Shown here: piece by piece, positions 16,900 through 27,481 of the stretch
How positions within the stretch are numbered: position 1 is the stretch's first letter
Layout: each line of letters begins with the position of its first letter
Sequence record: NZ_CP082221.1
Direction: 5' to 3' (one strand)
Origin: a plasmid
DNA: 64,000 bases
Notes under the pieces: model-generated
The model's database searches: none
Told to the model about the DNA's origin: nothing
What the model saw: the letters and a program-made list of their open reading frames with translations, nothing else
Program-made: the position numbers and the translations under genes

Positions 16900-17331
16900 T
16901 CATTCTTGTTTAGAAATAAAAGCTTTTATAAATTTTGAATTGCTAATGAACAACATAAATGCAAATAAAGTTATTAGGCTAATATTAAAATTATATAAGG
17001 GAATATTGTTCGTAATCACTTCAGGAGTTCGTGTAGCAACCATCCAAAAACTACCAGTTAAAAGAATTAAGAGATTTTGGAAAGGGGTGTCTGCAATTTT
17101 TTTTAATGAATTGAAAAAAAATTGCCCAACAAAAGTGAAGGTACACAGTAGGAGGGAGAGGTAAAAATTAACGGCAAGGGCTGTAAAAATAGATCCGATC
17201 TCTACGGCATTCATGTTTTTAAATAGCAATTTACCAAATACCATCCCAACAAAGTAACTCAGAATAAATATTCCTAAACTTAATAAAGCTACCAGATAGT
17301 GTCTAAATATATGTTTGACAATACTTTGCAT
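16900..17331 (-). CDS. membrane protein, hypothetical
   Basis: 143 aa, 4 hydrophobic helices; preferred over overlapping + ORF 16859-17164. Confidence 0.4.
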   Translation of the reverse strand: MQSIVKHIFRHYLVALLSLGIFILSYFVGMVFGKLLFKNMNAVEIGSIFTALAVNFYLSLLLCTFTFVGQFFFNSLKKIADTPFQNLLILLTGSFWMVATRTPEVITNNIPLYNFNISLITLFAFMLFISNSKFIKAFISKQE

Positions 17332-17356
17332 CTTGCACTCCTTCTATTCTTATTGT

Positions 17357-17692
17357 TTAGAACAACACTTCATTGGGTGTCTTAACTTTTTCATTTTCAA
17401 ATTTATTGCCACAGTCTTTACATTCCAGATCAATTTTTTTGAAAATCTTTGATGCTTCTGATTCCTTTAATTGAAAACATCCATTTTCAAAATGAATTAC
17501 ATCTGCTGTTTGGTATCTAACGCTGCATATGAGATTCCGACTTTTACATTTAGGACATTTTACTTCGGAATTTAATTCTAATGGTTTTAACGGAGTATTG
17601 AGAGCTGCTTCAACAGTTGATAACTTAACATTCATAATTTTTGACTCATAACTATTAATGAGATTTAAAGAATTTATGCCTTTTTTTGCCAT
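17357..17692 (-). CDS. zinc-ribbon protein, hypothetical
   Basis: CPKC...(37 aa)...CKDC pattern. Confidence 0.4.
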   Translation of the reverse strand: MAKKGINSLNLINSYESKIMNVKLSTVEAALNTPLKPLELNSEVKCPKCKSRNLICSVRYQTADVIHFENGCFQLKESEASKIFKKIDLECKDCGNKFENEKVKTPNEVLF

Positions 17693-17869
17693 TTTTCTTA
17701 AGCTTGTATAAACAAAAAAACAACATTATGGCTTGGGGAGTGTTAAATATCGCTTATTTAACCTCAGCAAGTGTATGCCTATTGTAACAAATAATGTAAA
17801 AATATATTAATGAAATCTATAACATACTGAAATTTATAGATAAAAACAAGCAGTTTTATTTTTAAAAAA

Positions 17870-17900
17870 TTGCAGCACTTTGATGTAATTTTTTAGTATG
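17870..17900 (+). promoter_or_regulatory. conserved sigma70-like promoter motif copy 1 (tra operon)
   Basis: TTGCAG-18 nt-TAGTAT; same 30-nt motif at 44706 and 46119. Confidence 0.5.
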
Positions 17901-17922
17901 ATAATAACATATTAATTCGTAC

Positions 17923-18549
17923 ATGATTGAAGCTATGCAAAGAGCTAAAACTTACAACATACATAACTCAATTATAAAACTTTCAGCAATCGTATTTGGA
18001 GCTTGTGTTACATCAACAACATATGCTGTTTGTTGGGATGAAGCCGCAAGTATGTATGGTACGGATCCTATTTTATTAAAAGCAATTGGATGGAAAGAGA
18101 GTAGAGGCCATGTTGGTGCAGTTGGTTCTTTACTTAAAGATGGCAATAGAGCATTAGGACTAATGCAGATAAATACCATTCATTTACCAGCTTTAAGAAA
18201 ACAAGGAATTACTCGTAATGATTTATTCGATCCTTGTACTTCTCAAAAAATTGCTTCATGGGTTCTTGCTGATTGTTTAAAAAAATTTGGTGAAGTCTGG
18301 AGAGCAGTAGGGTGTTACTACGGAGGACCTGCTTCTAAAGCATATACGGCAATGAATCAATATTCTGCCGATGTTCGAAGATACTTTGAAGGCTATAAAA
18401 GAAAAGCGGGCTTACCAGCAGTTTATACCCCATTACAACCTCAAAGTATAAAAGCTCAGTCAGTTAATTATAACGAAGATATTCCAAATTATTCTTCAGT
18501 GAATCAAACAATTAAGAAAACTTCAAATTTCCAAATAATTCGATTCTAA
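17923..18549 (+). CDS. lytic transglycosylase (VirB1/Orf169-like)
   Basis: SLT domain motifs ES...GLMQI...Y; first gene of tra operon. Confidence 0.8.
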   Translation: MIEAMQRAKTYNIHNSIIKLSAIVFGACVTSTTYAVCWDEAASMYGTDPILLKAIGWKESRGHVGAVGSLLKDGNRALGLMQINTIHLPALRKQGITRNDLFDPCTSQKIASWVLADCLKKFGEVWRAVGCYYGGPASKAYTAMNQYSADVRRYFEGYKRKAGLPAVYTPLQPQSIKAQSVNYNEDIPNYSSVNQTIKKTSNFQIIRF

Positions 18550-18565
18550 CCACACGGAGTATGAA

Positions 18566-18802
18566 ATGAATAGATTTTTTTTGCTTCTACTATGTTGCGG
18601 ATCCGCAACCTTAGCAGTAGCAAAAGAACAAAAAAATGAAACAAAACAGCAGAGTATGAATGAACCTAACCCTATCACCCGATATGTGAATGTTCTTCAA
18701 AAGGGTGAAGGCAGAGAATCAAAATTTGTTCTATGTGATCCAGAAAATAAAAGTTGCGTTCAACAAGAGCGCAGTGAAAAGCATTTGGCAGTAGCCAAAT
18801 AA
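18566..18802 (+). CDS. small secreted protein, hypothetical
   Basis: signal peptide MNRFFLLLLCCGSATLAVA; GCGGATCCGC palindrome encodes CGSAT. Confidence 0.45.
   Translation: MNRFFLLLLCCGSATLAVAKEQKNETKQQSMNEPNPITRYVNVLQKGEGRESKFVLCDPENKSCVQQERSEKHLAVAK
18594..18609. repeat. palindrome family member
   Basis: gttgcggatccgcaac inside the signal peptide of ORF 18566. Confidence 0.8.
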
Positions 18803-18852
18803 ATAACCCCATTTAAGGGGGCAAAACCTAAAACCTTAAGAGGAATAAAAAT

Positions 18853-19206
18853 ATGGAATTAGTTGTTCCAGCTCAAACACATCAAATTTACTTTGATATC
18901 AAAAAACTAAAACGTCCAGTAACAATCGCCTTGATGGTTGTCACAGCAATGCTTATTTGGATGACTTTATCAACCGCAGGTACTGGTACAGGTGTTGGTT
19001 CTACATTTAACACTTGGGCGACAACAGTGGAAGGCTGGATTAAAGGCCCATACGGGAAATTAGCAATTCTTGCGAGTTTATTATTCGCAATTGGTGCATT
19101 CGCTTGGACTCGTGATCTTCGCGTTATTGTAATTCCAGCAGTTGCTGCCGTTGTAGTTGGAATTATTGTGTCGTTAGTAACAGGTTCGTTTACAGCCGTT
19201 ATCTAA
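18853..19206 (+). CDS. traA: pilin precursor (TraA/VirB2-like)
   Basis: 117 aa, long leader, two hydrophobic helices, position before traL. Confidence 0.55.
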   Translation: MELVVPAQTHQIYFDIKKLKRPVTIALMVVTAMLIWMTLSTAGTGTGVGSTFNTWATTVEGWIKGPYGKLAILASLLFAIGAFAWTRDLRVIVIPAVAAVVVGIIVSLVTGSFTAVI

Positions 19207-19221
19207 TAACTTTTTAGTGGG

Positions 19222-19521
19222 GTGGGTATGTCTTCAGGTGTAGAACTTTCTCATTATGTTCCAACGTACATCGATGCTAAATCAAAGTTCTTAATGTTTG
19301 ATCAAGATGTTGCTTTAGCTTCATTTCTGATCTTCATTCTGGGTTTTGTTTTTGGTCATCCCTTCTTGGGATTCTTTGTGGGATTCGCAATAGCTTATTA
19401 CTTCAATAAAGCTAAAGCAGGTCTACATCCTGATTATATGCTCCACCTAACTTACTGGGTGGCTAACTCACCGAAATTAAAGGAGTTGCCTGAATCAAAC
19501 AATCGCCACTTTTTCGGATGA
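19222..19521 (+). CDS. traL: TraL-like pilus assembly protein
   Basis: 99 aa membrane protein, synteny. Confidence 0.65.
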   Translation: MGMSSGVELSHYVPTYIDAKSKFLMFDQDVALASFLIFILGFVFGHPFLGFFVGFAIAYYFNKAKAGLHPDYMLHLTYWVANSPKLKELPESNNRHFFG

Positions 19522-19525
19522 CATT

Positions 19526-20104
19526 ATGGATTCAGAAGTTGGAATAGCATCAAATGAAAGCCTTAATTTAAGAAATAGATCACAGACTTATGTGATCTTT
19601 TCTTTAATAGGCTTACTTACTTTATCAATAATTGCAAATATTGTACTTGCACTGAGTGGCAAAACAATAATTAAACCTTCGGATAATTCAGGCCCAACGT
19701 ATATCTTAGGAAGTACTTCGGCAAATAAAGAATATTATTTAGATTTTTCAAACTATGTAATTAATTATCTATTCAATGTTACACCAATAAATGTATCCAA
19801 GAACTTTGAAAAAATTCTAGGCATTACATGTGAACCATCCTTCCCACAAATTCAAAAATATTTAAGTCAATCTGAAGCACAAATTAAACGTGAGGGCCTT
19901 ACCAGTGTGTGGTCATCTTCAGGTGCTTTCACTTTTCAAGAAGCAGATAAGGCCGTAACCATTGAAGGAACAAGGAAAACCTATTTGGCAGATCGTTTAG
20001 TCTCTGAAAAATCACAAAAGATTCAAACTAAATTTGTGATGAGTAAGGGAACGATATGTCTTTATTCATTAAATGAGGTGAAAGATGAAATTGCAACTCA
20101 GTAA
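19526..20104 (+). CDS. traE: TraE-like (VirB5-family) protein
   Basis: 192 aa, N-terminal TM, synteny. Confidence 0.7.
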   Translation: MDSEVGIASNESLNLRNRSQTYVIFSLIGLLTLSIIANIVLALSGKTIIKPSDNSGPTYILGSTSANKEYYLDFSNYVINYLFNVTPINVSKNFEKILGITCEPSFPQIQKYLSQSEAQIKREGLTSVWSSSGAFTFQEADKAVTIEGTRKTYLADRLVSEKSQKIQTKFVMSKGTICLYSLNEVKDEIATQ

Positions 20105-20807
20105 AATTGCATTGTTTATATCTTCTATCTTCCTGACTACATCTACATTTGCGGCTCAACATATTACTAAAGCTGATCAAGAAACTGTTCAAGTAACTGT
20201 GTCGAATACAGAGCCAAATGTGCTTGTTGTTGATGGAAGACGAATTGTTAATTTAGTGCCATCAGATGTAACAGCTTTGGATACCTTGCCAGATAAAGAG
20301 CAAGGGACTCTCTATTTTAAAATATCTCCATATTTCCAGAATACACCTATAACTCTATTTGTTACTGATGATGAAGGAACCCGTTACAAGCTTGTATTGC
20401 AGCCACGTAGCGTTGGGGCCGAAGAGGTTGTATTAGTTCCGCCAAAACCAGGTGCGGGCACAAGCAAACGATCTCAATCCTATTTACAGCAAATAAAAGA
20501 ATTGATGTATGTCATGGGAGATGATGCCGAAAATCCTCAAGAGACACTTGCCGTAGACGGGATATCCCGTTCGTTCGTAAAAGCAGAAATCCCTTTGTGG
20601 AAAGAGTCTAAATTTGTTTTGTTGCGTCGTTACGATACCGACGGTATGTATGGCGAAATGTATCAACTAACTAATTTAACAAATAAAACAATGAATTTGT
20701 TAGAGCAGGAATTTTATAGAAAAGGTGTAAGTGCTGTTTCTATTCAAAATTTAACACTAAGCCCTGGCAGATCGACATTTGTTTATGTTGTTAGAGAAAA
20801 TAATTAG
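20085..20807 (+). CDS. traK: TraK-like (VirB9/secretin-like)
   Basis: 240 aa, signal peptide, synteny. Confidence 0.7.
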   Translation: MKLQLSKIALFISSIFLTTSTFAAQHITKADQETVQVTVSNTEPNVLVVDGRRIVNLVPSDVTALDTLPDKEQGTLYFKISPYFQNTPITLFVTDDEGTRYKLVLQPRSVGAEEVVLVPPKPGAGTSKRSQSYLQQIKELMYVMGDDAENPQETLAVDGISRSFVKAEIPLWKESKFVLLRRYDTDGMYGEMYQLTNLTNKTMNLLEQEFYRKGVSAVSIQNLTLSPGRSTFVYVVRENN

Positions 20808-20816
20808 GAGATATAA

Positions 20817-22133
20817 ATGAGTAACGATATCGATTTAGAAAATCCTAATGACAAACTCAAGAAAAAACAAATTAAATGGTTGGCCATATTAGGCACAATA
20901 TTATTCATTATTGTTGCTATTTTCTTGTTTTCTGGAAGTCCACCAGAAGAAACGAATAAAACTCAAGCACCTGAAAATGCGGTAAATGTGGAAAAACCGG
21001 GTGATGCTGAAGAGCAAGATAAATGGAGACAAACGGCCGCAATTGATCAAGAAGCTCAAAAAAAGCAAATTGATGATTTAACTCAAACCGTTAACTCTCA
21101 AGTTGCTCAAAATGATGCGTTAAAGTCAGAACTATCAATAATGAACGAGCGTATTAGTCAAATTGCTAATCGTTCCGAATCAAGAGTGGTAGCACAACCA
21201 ACAAATACAAATCCACCAAATCTTGGGGGAATAGCTGGTACATCTTCAGCTTATCCAAATAAACAAGGATTGCATGGACAAAGTATTCTATCAGATCCAA
21301 ATGGAACTGGTATCGATCCTCAGACAGGCGAGCGAATACCTTTACCAAATAATATAGCTCCAGTTAAAACCTTTGGCATTATTGACATGAATAAGTCAAT
21401 TGATGAACAAGGAAATACAACATCTACTTCAGTTAAAAGCCAACGACCTGAGAAAACAACATTTATCCCGGATGGGAGTTTTGTTCGTGTCGTAATGATT
21501 AATGGCGTAGATGCACCAACTGGTGGACAAGCACAGTCGGACCCAATTCCAGTTGTATTCCAAACAGTTGGGAAATTCGATATGCCAAATAATTATAAAA
21601 TGAACATCAAAGGATGTCGTTTTGTAGGAGCCGCTTGGGGTGAATTATCGAGTGAACGTGTTAAAGCAACAATTCAAAGTGGTAACTGCATTATTAATGG
21701 TCAAACAGTACCAATTCAAATTAAAGGTCAAGTCGTTGGAGAAGACGGCAAAACTGGTATTCGTGGCCGTGTAGTAAGTAAACAAGGTCAAATTCTTGCT
21801 AAAGCTGCATTAGCATCCGCAATGGAGGCTATAGGTGGACTGTACGGTAGTACAGTTGGTACAGCAAGCCAATCGGCGCTAGGTACTGTTAGAACGATTT
21901 CAGGAAGTGAACTGAAGCAAGCCGCAGTAGGTGGTGCGATTTCAGGTGGAGCAGAAAAACTTTCTGATTTCTATATGCAACGGGCAAATGACTTATTTCC
22001 TGTTATTGAAGTTAGTGCAGGGCGAACTTTAGAGATTGTTGTTCAACAAGGTGGCACAGTAGCGAATCAATTTTTGATAACTAAAAGTGCAACTCCAATG
22101 AATCAACAAAAACGCATTTTAATGGATGACTAA
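20817..22133 (+). CDS. traB: TraB-like (VirB10 family)
   Basis: 438 aa, N-terminal TM, coiled coil, Gly-rich C-terminal domain. Confidence 0.8.
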   Translation: MSNDIDLENPNDKLKKKQIKWLAILGTILFIIVAIFLFSGSPPEETNKTQAPENAVNVEKPGDAEEQDKWRQTAAIDQEAQKKQIDDLTQTVNSQVAQNDALKSELSIMNERISQIANRSESRVVAQPTNTNPPNLGGIAGTSSAYPNKQGLHGQSILSDPNGTGIDPQTGERIPLPNNIAPVKTFGIIDMNKSIDEQGNTTSTSVKSQRPEKTTFIPDGSFVRVVMINGVDAPTGGQAQSDPIPVVFQTVGKFDMPNNYKMNIKGCRFVGAAWGELSSERVKATIQSGNCIINGQTVPIQIKGQVVGEDGKTGIRGRVVSKQGQILAKAALASAMEAIGGLYGSTVGTASQSALGTVRTISGSELKQAAVGGAISGGAEKLSDFYMQRANDLFPVIEVSAGRTLEIVVQQGGTVANQFLITKSATPMNQQKRILMDD

Positions 22134-22134
22134 T

Positions 22135-22857
22135 ATGAAAAAATTTTTATTAACTTTTGCCGTAGCAATTAGTTCCTATTCAATAGCATATGCAGATGTA
22201 GCAGAAGATATTAAGTCTAATATCCAAAAAAACTATCCGGCAACTACTGTTACTCAAGTGAATAAAACTCCTTTAACCGGCATATATGAAGTCGTAATGG
22301 GTAGAAATGTGGCATATACCGATAAAGATGGTAGATACTTCATTTTTGGAAATTTGTTTGATATGAAAACACAAACAGATTTAACAACGACTCCAACAAG
22401 TTCAAACAAAGTTGAAGTTGGTTTCCCGAATGCTGATCGTTTAAAAGATGCAATTAAAACAGTTAAAGGCAATGGGAAAAGAAAGCTCGTAGTATTTAGC
22501 GATCCTGATTGCCCATATTGCCAACAATTAGAACGTAATTTGCAATCGATTGATAATGTAACGATTTATACATTCCTTTATCCGTTAGAGAGTATTCACC
22601 CAACTGCTAAAACAACAGCAGTATCAATTTGGTGTTCTAAGAATCCTGGTAAAGCATTTCAAGATTACATGATTGAAAATATTAAGCCTTCATCCAAAAA
22701 TTGCGCTCACCCAATAGATCGTAATATTGAATTTGCATCAAGTATGAATATTCAAGGTACACCTTCATTAATATTTGAAGACGGTTCAATGGTGCCTGGA
22801 GCAGTGGGTGTTTCTGAACTAGAACGACTTCTCAATTCATCTCAGAAATCAAAATAA
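22135..22857 (+). CDS. DsbC-like thiol:disulfide interchange protein
   Basis: signal peptide, DCPYCQQ thioredoxin active site. Confidence 0.7.
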   Translation: MKKFLLTFAVAISSYSIAYADVAEDIKSNIQKNYPATTVTQVNKTPLTGIYEVVMGRNVAYTDKDGRYFIFGNLFDMKTQTDLTTTPTSSNKVEVGFPNADRLKDAIKTVKGNGKRKLVVFSDPDCPYCQQLERNLQSIDNVTIYTFLYPLESIHPTAKTTAVSIWCSKNPGKAFQDYMIENIKPSSKNCAHPIDRNIEFASSMNIQGTPSLIFEDGSMVPGAVGVSELERLLNSSQKSK

Positions 22858-22899
22858 AGATAGCTAAAGATAGTGAGCCTCACGGCTTCAGGAGAGTCA

Positions 22900-23160
22900 A
22901 TGAAATATTTAATTATTTGTCCATTCATTCTTTTACTTTCAGGATGCAGTGCTCTAGCAACGAGCCCTTATCAAGAAAAGTGTTTAACAGTCAATAACTC
23001 AAAAAATGTTAATCAAGTAATTTCTAAGCTTGAGGTACATCTTCGTCCACCTGTTAAGACAACTAAGAAGCCGAATGAAGAAACTAAATTCAATGAATCA
23101 ATTTTGGCTTTCCAAAATGAAAAAGCCGTTGATTCACATACAGCATTGGAGAATTTATAA
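22900..23160 (+). CDS. small lipoprotein, hypothetical
   Basis: lipobox LLSGCSA; module gagcctcacggcttcaggag upstream. Confidence 0.45.
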   Translation: MKYLIICPFILLLSGCSALATSPYQEKCLTVNNSKNVNQVISKLEVHLRPPVKTTKKPNEETKFNESILAFQNEKAVDSHTALENL

Positions 23161-23805
23161 ATGAAAAGAAAAGGTATTTTACTTTGCTTGGCAATCAATC
23201 TAAGTGGATGTGCAGCATTTAACGGAGGGTTCGACGGTTTAAATGGTCAAAGCTCATTTTCATGCAAAGCGCCAGATGGAATTTTGTGTGACTCAATGTC
23301 AGGTGTAATGGCGAATTTGAATGCAAACAATTTGCCGTCACAGCAGGTTAAACATGGCAATAGTAAAGAAGTAATTGCAAATACATATATGCAGCGTACA
23401 CGTGCGACTAAAGATAATGCAATGCCAGTAGCTCCATACGCAGATGAACCATTACTACGCCAACCGAAAACTCTCAGAATTTGGGTAGCTCCGTGGGAAT
23501 CTTCGGATAGAACTTTATTCGATCAACAATATTTCTATCTAGTAATCGACAATTGGAAGTGGATGATTGAACACAATTCTCGACGTCTACAAGATGCATA
23601 CGCACCAATTGGAGCCCCAATTTCAAACTATTCAAGTCCAGCCATTACAGTTGCGGATCCGCAATCTACTAAAACAGGTTCAGATGGTCCTATACCAGTA
23701 AATGCTTCAGTTAATAGCCAGCCAAATAGTAAAGAAATTTTGAATGGAATAAATACTGAAATAAAAGACTTGAATGTCGATATCTCTAAGTTTACTAGAC
23801 AGTGA
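23161..23805 (+). CDS. traV: TraV-like lipoprotein
   Basis: lipobox NLSGCA, synteny before traC. Confidence 0.6.
   Translation: MKRKGILLCLAINLSGCAAFNGGFDGLNGQSSFSCKAPDGILCDSMSGVMANLNANNLPSQQVKHGNSKEVIANTYMQRTRATKDNAMPVAPYADEPLLRQPKTLRIWVAPWESSDRTLFDQQYFYLVIDNWKWMIEHNSRRLQDAYAPIGAPISNYSSPAITVADPQSTKTGSDGPIPVNASVNSQPNSKEILNGINTEIKDLNVDISKFTRQ
23651..23664. repeat. palindrome family member inside traV
   Basis: ttgcggatccgcaa. Confidence 0.8.
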
Positions 23806-23814
23806 GATTAACTT

Positions 23815-26541
23815 ATGACTGGAAATAACAAACTAATCAATTTTAGAGCCATGCTCGCAAACTGGTTTAAGGTCCACGTATTAGGTGATGATCCGACAGG
23901 TAAAAAATTCTCAACTGTAGATTTAACGAATAAGATTCTTGAAAGCTACGGCATGTATCAGATATTTAAATACAACATGTTTAATGTGAAAAGAAGTCTT
24001 TATTATAATGATGGCCCTTCCGTAAGCTTTGCTCTAGAAATCATACCGCAGACAGGATCAAATGAGGACTTCGTTTCTCGCATAGTATCTATTATTTCAA
24101 GTTTCCCTGCGGAAACAGGTATTCAGATATTAAACTTCGGTAATACAATTTTTGAAGATGATCTTCAAGAGTACTTGGATTTACGTGTGGCGGAATATCA
24201 GAATGGTAAAGTGTCTGATTTCGCAATAGAATTTGCAAAGAATCGAATCAAACATATCCAGTCTCGTAAAGGACGGCCACAGTTCGGAAGAGACTCATAT
24301 TACGTTATTAAAAAACCAAAAATTATTCTATCAGTTACACGTTCGGGTAGTTATAAAGACCCACAACTAATTAAGCAAATGGAAGAGTTGTTGCATCAGA
24401 CAAGTGCTCAACTACAACAAGCTAAATTACCTAATATTGTTTTAACACCAATGTTACTGCTTAAAATAATTAAGCCAATGCTTGACCCTGAGAGTTTATT
24501 TAGAACCGTTCCACCAGAACATGAATTCCAAGTTTCTCGCTCATACTACAGTGAAGATTATAATCGTCTAGAATCAATAAAAAGTCAGTTAACACCACGT
24601 GGTCATTCAGCAACAGTTGGTGTGTCTGAAATAGTATTTGGTCAACCTATAATTGATAAAACTAAGGGAACTAATAGATCAGTAAGAGTCTATGATTCTG
24701 AATGGATTGAAGAAGATGACGATGAAGATCTAGAAGAAGACAATCGAATTGCATTTCGTGGTTTTGGAGTTATGAGGTATCCAAAATTCAAACATCTTTA
24801 TGAAATGGGAAATGTAATTGGCGATTTTTTTGAAAATTCCCTTCAGTATCCATGCCCTTACATAATTTCGATGGGTATTCATATCTTAGATAAAACATCT
24901 TCTGAAACCAAAGCAAGAATAAAGCAAGCTCGTTCAACACAGAATGCTGAAAGTAAAATGGCAAAATGGCAGCCTGAGTATGCTGAAATTGCTAGAGATT
25001 GGAATGCGATCACATATCACCTACATAAAGGTGGAGGGATGTGCGAGCTCTATCATACAATCGGGATATTCGCTCCAAGATCACAACTAGATAGTTATTC
25101 TGCAAACGTTGACAATTTATGGAAGTCAAACGGCTTTAGCGTAATGCCGTTATCTTGCTTACAACTGCCACTTCTTTATTCATCAATGCCTATGATTTTG
25201 ACAAAAAAGGCAAGAGATGATTTGAAGAAATTAAAGCTGATTACGACTAAAACAACTATTAATGCCGTAGATATGATGCCAATTTTGTCAGAATGGCAAG
25301 GTTTCGGTAAACCGGTAATTATGGTATTTGGCCGCAGAGGAACACCTTGTTTTTTTGATTTATTTTCAAATAAACAGGGGAACTATAATTTTTATATTTG
25401 TGGTACGTCAGGCGCTGGTAAATCTGTTTTCTCTCTTGAAATTTTGGCAGCTTACAAAAGCTTGGGCTTCAAAATATATATTATTGACGTAGGACGCTCA
25501 TTTAAAAACTTCGTAGCGCTCGGTAAAGGACAAGCAATTGATTTCGCAAAGCGCGAAAAGATTTGTATGAATCCTTTCACATGGCTAGAGGTAATTGAAG
25601 ATGAGGAACTTTCGGAAAAAGAAGGAACCTTAAATACATTTGCCCAAGAGATGAAAATGCTCTTGCCTATGTATGCAAAAATGGCTTCACCATCCAAACC
25701 ATTAGACGATTACGATAAAGCTCTCCTTTCAAGAGCTATTAGAGAGACATGGTTAAAATTCCGCAATAACAATGGCGTAGACCAAATCTCTGACTTCTTG
25801 AAAGAAATTAGAGATCAAAACGGAAATATTGATGCACGAGGTTGGGCTCTTGGTACTCAGTTAGAAAATTTCAAAACAAACGGGATGTATGGAAGTTACT
25901 TTAATGGTAAAGCCAACATCGATATGAATAACGAGATGATATATCTCGAACTGGAAGAACTAAAAGACTCACCTGAATTAAAAACGGTTGTGCTTTTCGG
26001 TGTTATGAACCGAATCATGCGAGATATGTATTTATCGCGATCTCAAGGGAAAATCGTGTTTGTAGATGAAGCATGGCAACTACTTGATGATACAGAAGAA
26101 ACAGCAGCTTTTATTGAAGAAGGTTATCGTAGAGCACGTAAATACTTTGGTTCATTTGGCATGGGTACTCAAGGTATTGATGACGCATTTGCGAATGATG
26201 CTGCTAGAGCTGCATATAATTCTTCAGACTGGAAATTCTTCTTACGCCAAGATGAACAAAGCTTTGAAAAGTTACTTCAAGAGAAAAAAGCGAACTTTTC
26301 TGAAGCTGTCATTAAACAAATTAAGTCAATTGAAAGTATCCACGGTTGGTATTCAGAAATTATGGTTACTTCACCAAACGGTCAGCACATCGTAAGACAT
26401 GTTGCGGATCCGTTTTCTTTAGCTATGGCATCAACAAACAAAGACGACTACAACTTCATTGAAGAATGCACGAATAAAGGCATGAGTATGACAGAAGCAA
26501 CATACGCTTTAATGCGTAAAAAAGAGGCTGAAGAAGTATGA
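23815..26541 (+). CDS. traC: TraC (VirB4-family ATPase)
   Basis: 908 aa, Walker A GTSGAGKS, Walker B VFVDEAW. Confidence 0.9.
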   Translation: MTGNNKLINFRAMLANWFKVHVLGDDPTGKKFSTVDLTNKILESYGMYQIFKYNMFNVKRSLYYNDGPSVSFALEIIPQTGSNEDFVSRIVSIISSFPAETGIQILNFGNTIFEDDLQEYLDLRVAEYQNGKVSDFAIEFAKNRIKHIQSRKGRPQFGRDSYYVIKKPKIILSVTRSGSYKDPQLIKQMEELLHQTSAQLQQAKLPNIVLTPMLLLKIIKPMLDPESLFRTVPPEHEFQVSRSYYSEDYNRLESIKSQLTPRGHSATVGVSEIVFGQPIIDKTKGTNRSVRVYDSEWIEEDDDEDLEEDNRIAFRGFGVMRYPKFKHLYEMGNVIGDFFENSLQYPCPYIISMGIHILDKTSSETKARIKQARSTQNAESKMAKWQPEYAEIARDWNAITYHLHKGGGMCELYHTIGIFAPRSQLDSYSANVDNLWKSNGFSVMPLSCLQLPLLYSSMPMILTKKARDDLKKLKLITTKTTINAVDMMPILSEWQGFGKPVIMVFGRRGTPCFFDLFSNKQGNYNFYICGTSGAGKSVFSLEILAAYKSLGFKIYIIDVGRSFKNFVALGKGQAIDFAKREKICMNPFTWLEVIEDEELSEKEGTLNTFAQEMKMLLPMYAKMASPSKPLDDYDKALLSRAIRETWLKFRNNNGVDQISDFLKEIRDQNGNIDARGWALGTQLENFKTNGMYGSYFNGKANIDMNNEMIYLELEELKDSPELKTVVLFGVMNRIMRDMYLSRSQGKIVFVDEAWQLLDDTEETAAFIEEGYRRARKYFGSFGMGTQGIDDAFANDAARAAYNSSDWKFFLRQDEQSFEKLLQEKKANFSEAVIKQIKSIESIHGWYSEIMVTSPNGQHIVRHVADPFSLAMASTNKDDYNFIEECTNKGMSMTEATYALMRKKEAEEV

Positions 26542-26933
26542 AACTTTCAACTATGCAAAAAATGACTCAAGGTTTAGTTTTAACAATCATCGTAATAGTT
26601 ATTGCGGGAGCTATGGATTATTACAATGATATGAAACGTCCAAAGATAGCTACGATCGATATTCTGACACTGGTAAAAGAACATGAGAAAAAGCTAACAG
26701 ACTTGTTATATCAAGGCGTTAAAAATCTTGATTCAGCAAATGTTGATTTAGCTCAACAATCAAAAATAGCAGATATCGAAAATCAAAAATTTACTAAGCA
26801 ACTTAATAGTGCAGTTCAAAAAATCAGTGATGAATGCAAATGTATTTTGGTTAATAAAGCAGCGCTTTTAAGTGATACTAATCGTGTAAAAGATTACACA
26901 CAACAGGTTAGAGAAACAATCTATCAAAAATAA
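26538..26933 (+). CDS. TrbI-like small membrane protein
   Basis: 131 aa, single TM, position between traC and traW as in F. Confidence 0.4.
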   Translation: MKLSTMQKMTQGLVLTIIVIVIAGAMDYYNDMKRPKIATIDILTLVKEHEKKLTDLLYQGVKNLDSANVDLAQQSKIADIENQKFTKQLNSAVQKISDECKCILVNKAALLSDTNRVKDYTQQVRETIYQK

Positions 26934-26980
26934 TTAGACAGATTTTTTGATTAAGGAGCCTGACGGCTTAGGGTGTATTC

Positions 26981-27481
26981 ATGAATAATGAAGTTAAAAG
27001 GTTTAAGGTTGTAAACGTCTTACTAGTGACATTTGTTTTGATGTTGATTGTCAGTGTAGGGCTAATGTTATGCCAAAAATGGTTTATCTATACGGTCAAT
27101 CACACAACAAGCTTGAGTGGGAAAGTATATGTAATTAAAAAAGGTGAGCCTGTACAAAAGGGTGATTTAGTTGGTTTTTTATGGCAAGGCCAGATCAAAT
27201 ATCCTAAAGACGTTATTTTTGTAAAAATTGTATCAGGTGTTGAAGGTGATCGTATCGTTGTTAAAGATCGAGACGTCTTTATAAATGATAAATACATTGG
27301 TAGAGCAAAAAAACAAAGTGCAGATGGAAAGCTTCAGCTCGAAGTTATCTCATCACAAGTAATTCCTAAAAATGAAATATTTGTAAGCACTCCTCATAAA
27401 GACTCGCTTGATAGTCGTTACGCAAAGGTCGGAACAATTAACAAGCAATATATTTTGGGGAAAGCTTATGAAATTTTCTAA
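26981..27481 (+). CDS. S26 signal-peptidase-like protein (IncP TraF-like pilin peptidase?)
   Basis: TM anchor plus beta-rich domain with peptidase S26-like architecture; module gagcctgacggcttagggtg upstream. Confidence 0.45.
   Translation: MNNEVKRFKVVNVLLVTFVLMLIVSVGLMLCQKWFIYTVNHTTSLSGKVYVIKKGEPVQKGDLVGFLWQGQIKYPKDVIFVKIVSGVEGDRIVVKDRDVFINDKYIGRAKKQSADGKLQLEVISSQVIPKNEIFVSTPHKDSLDSRYAKVGTINKQYILGKAYEIF

Noticed and set aside
16859-17164. Plus-strand 101-aa ORF overlapping minus-strand membrane ORF
   Set aside because: It begins inside the 22-bp palindrome and lacks an SD. The opposite-strand ORF encodes a coherent 4-helix membrane protein.
26066-26395. Alternate-frame ORF inside traC
   Set aside because: Internal to a highly supported VirB4-family frame.
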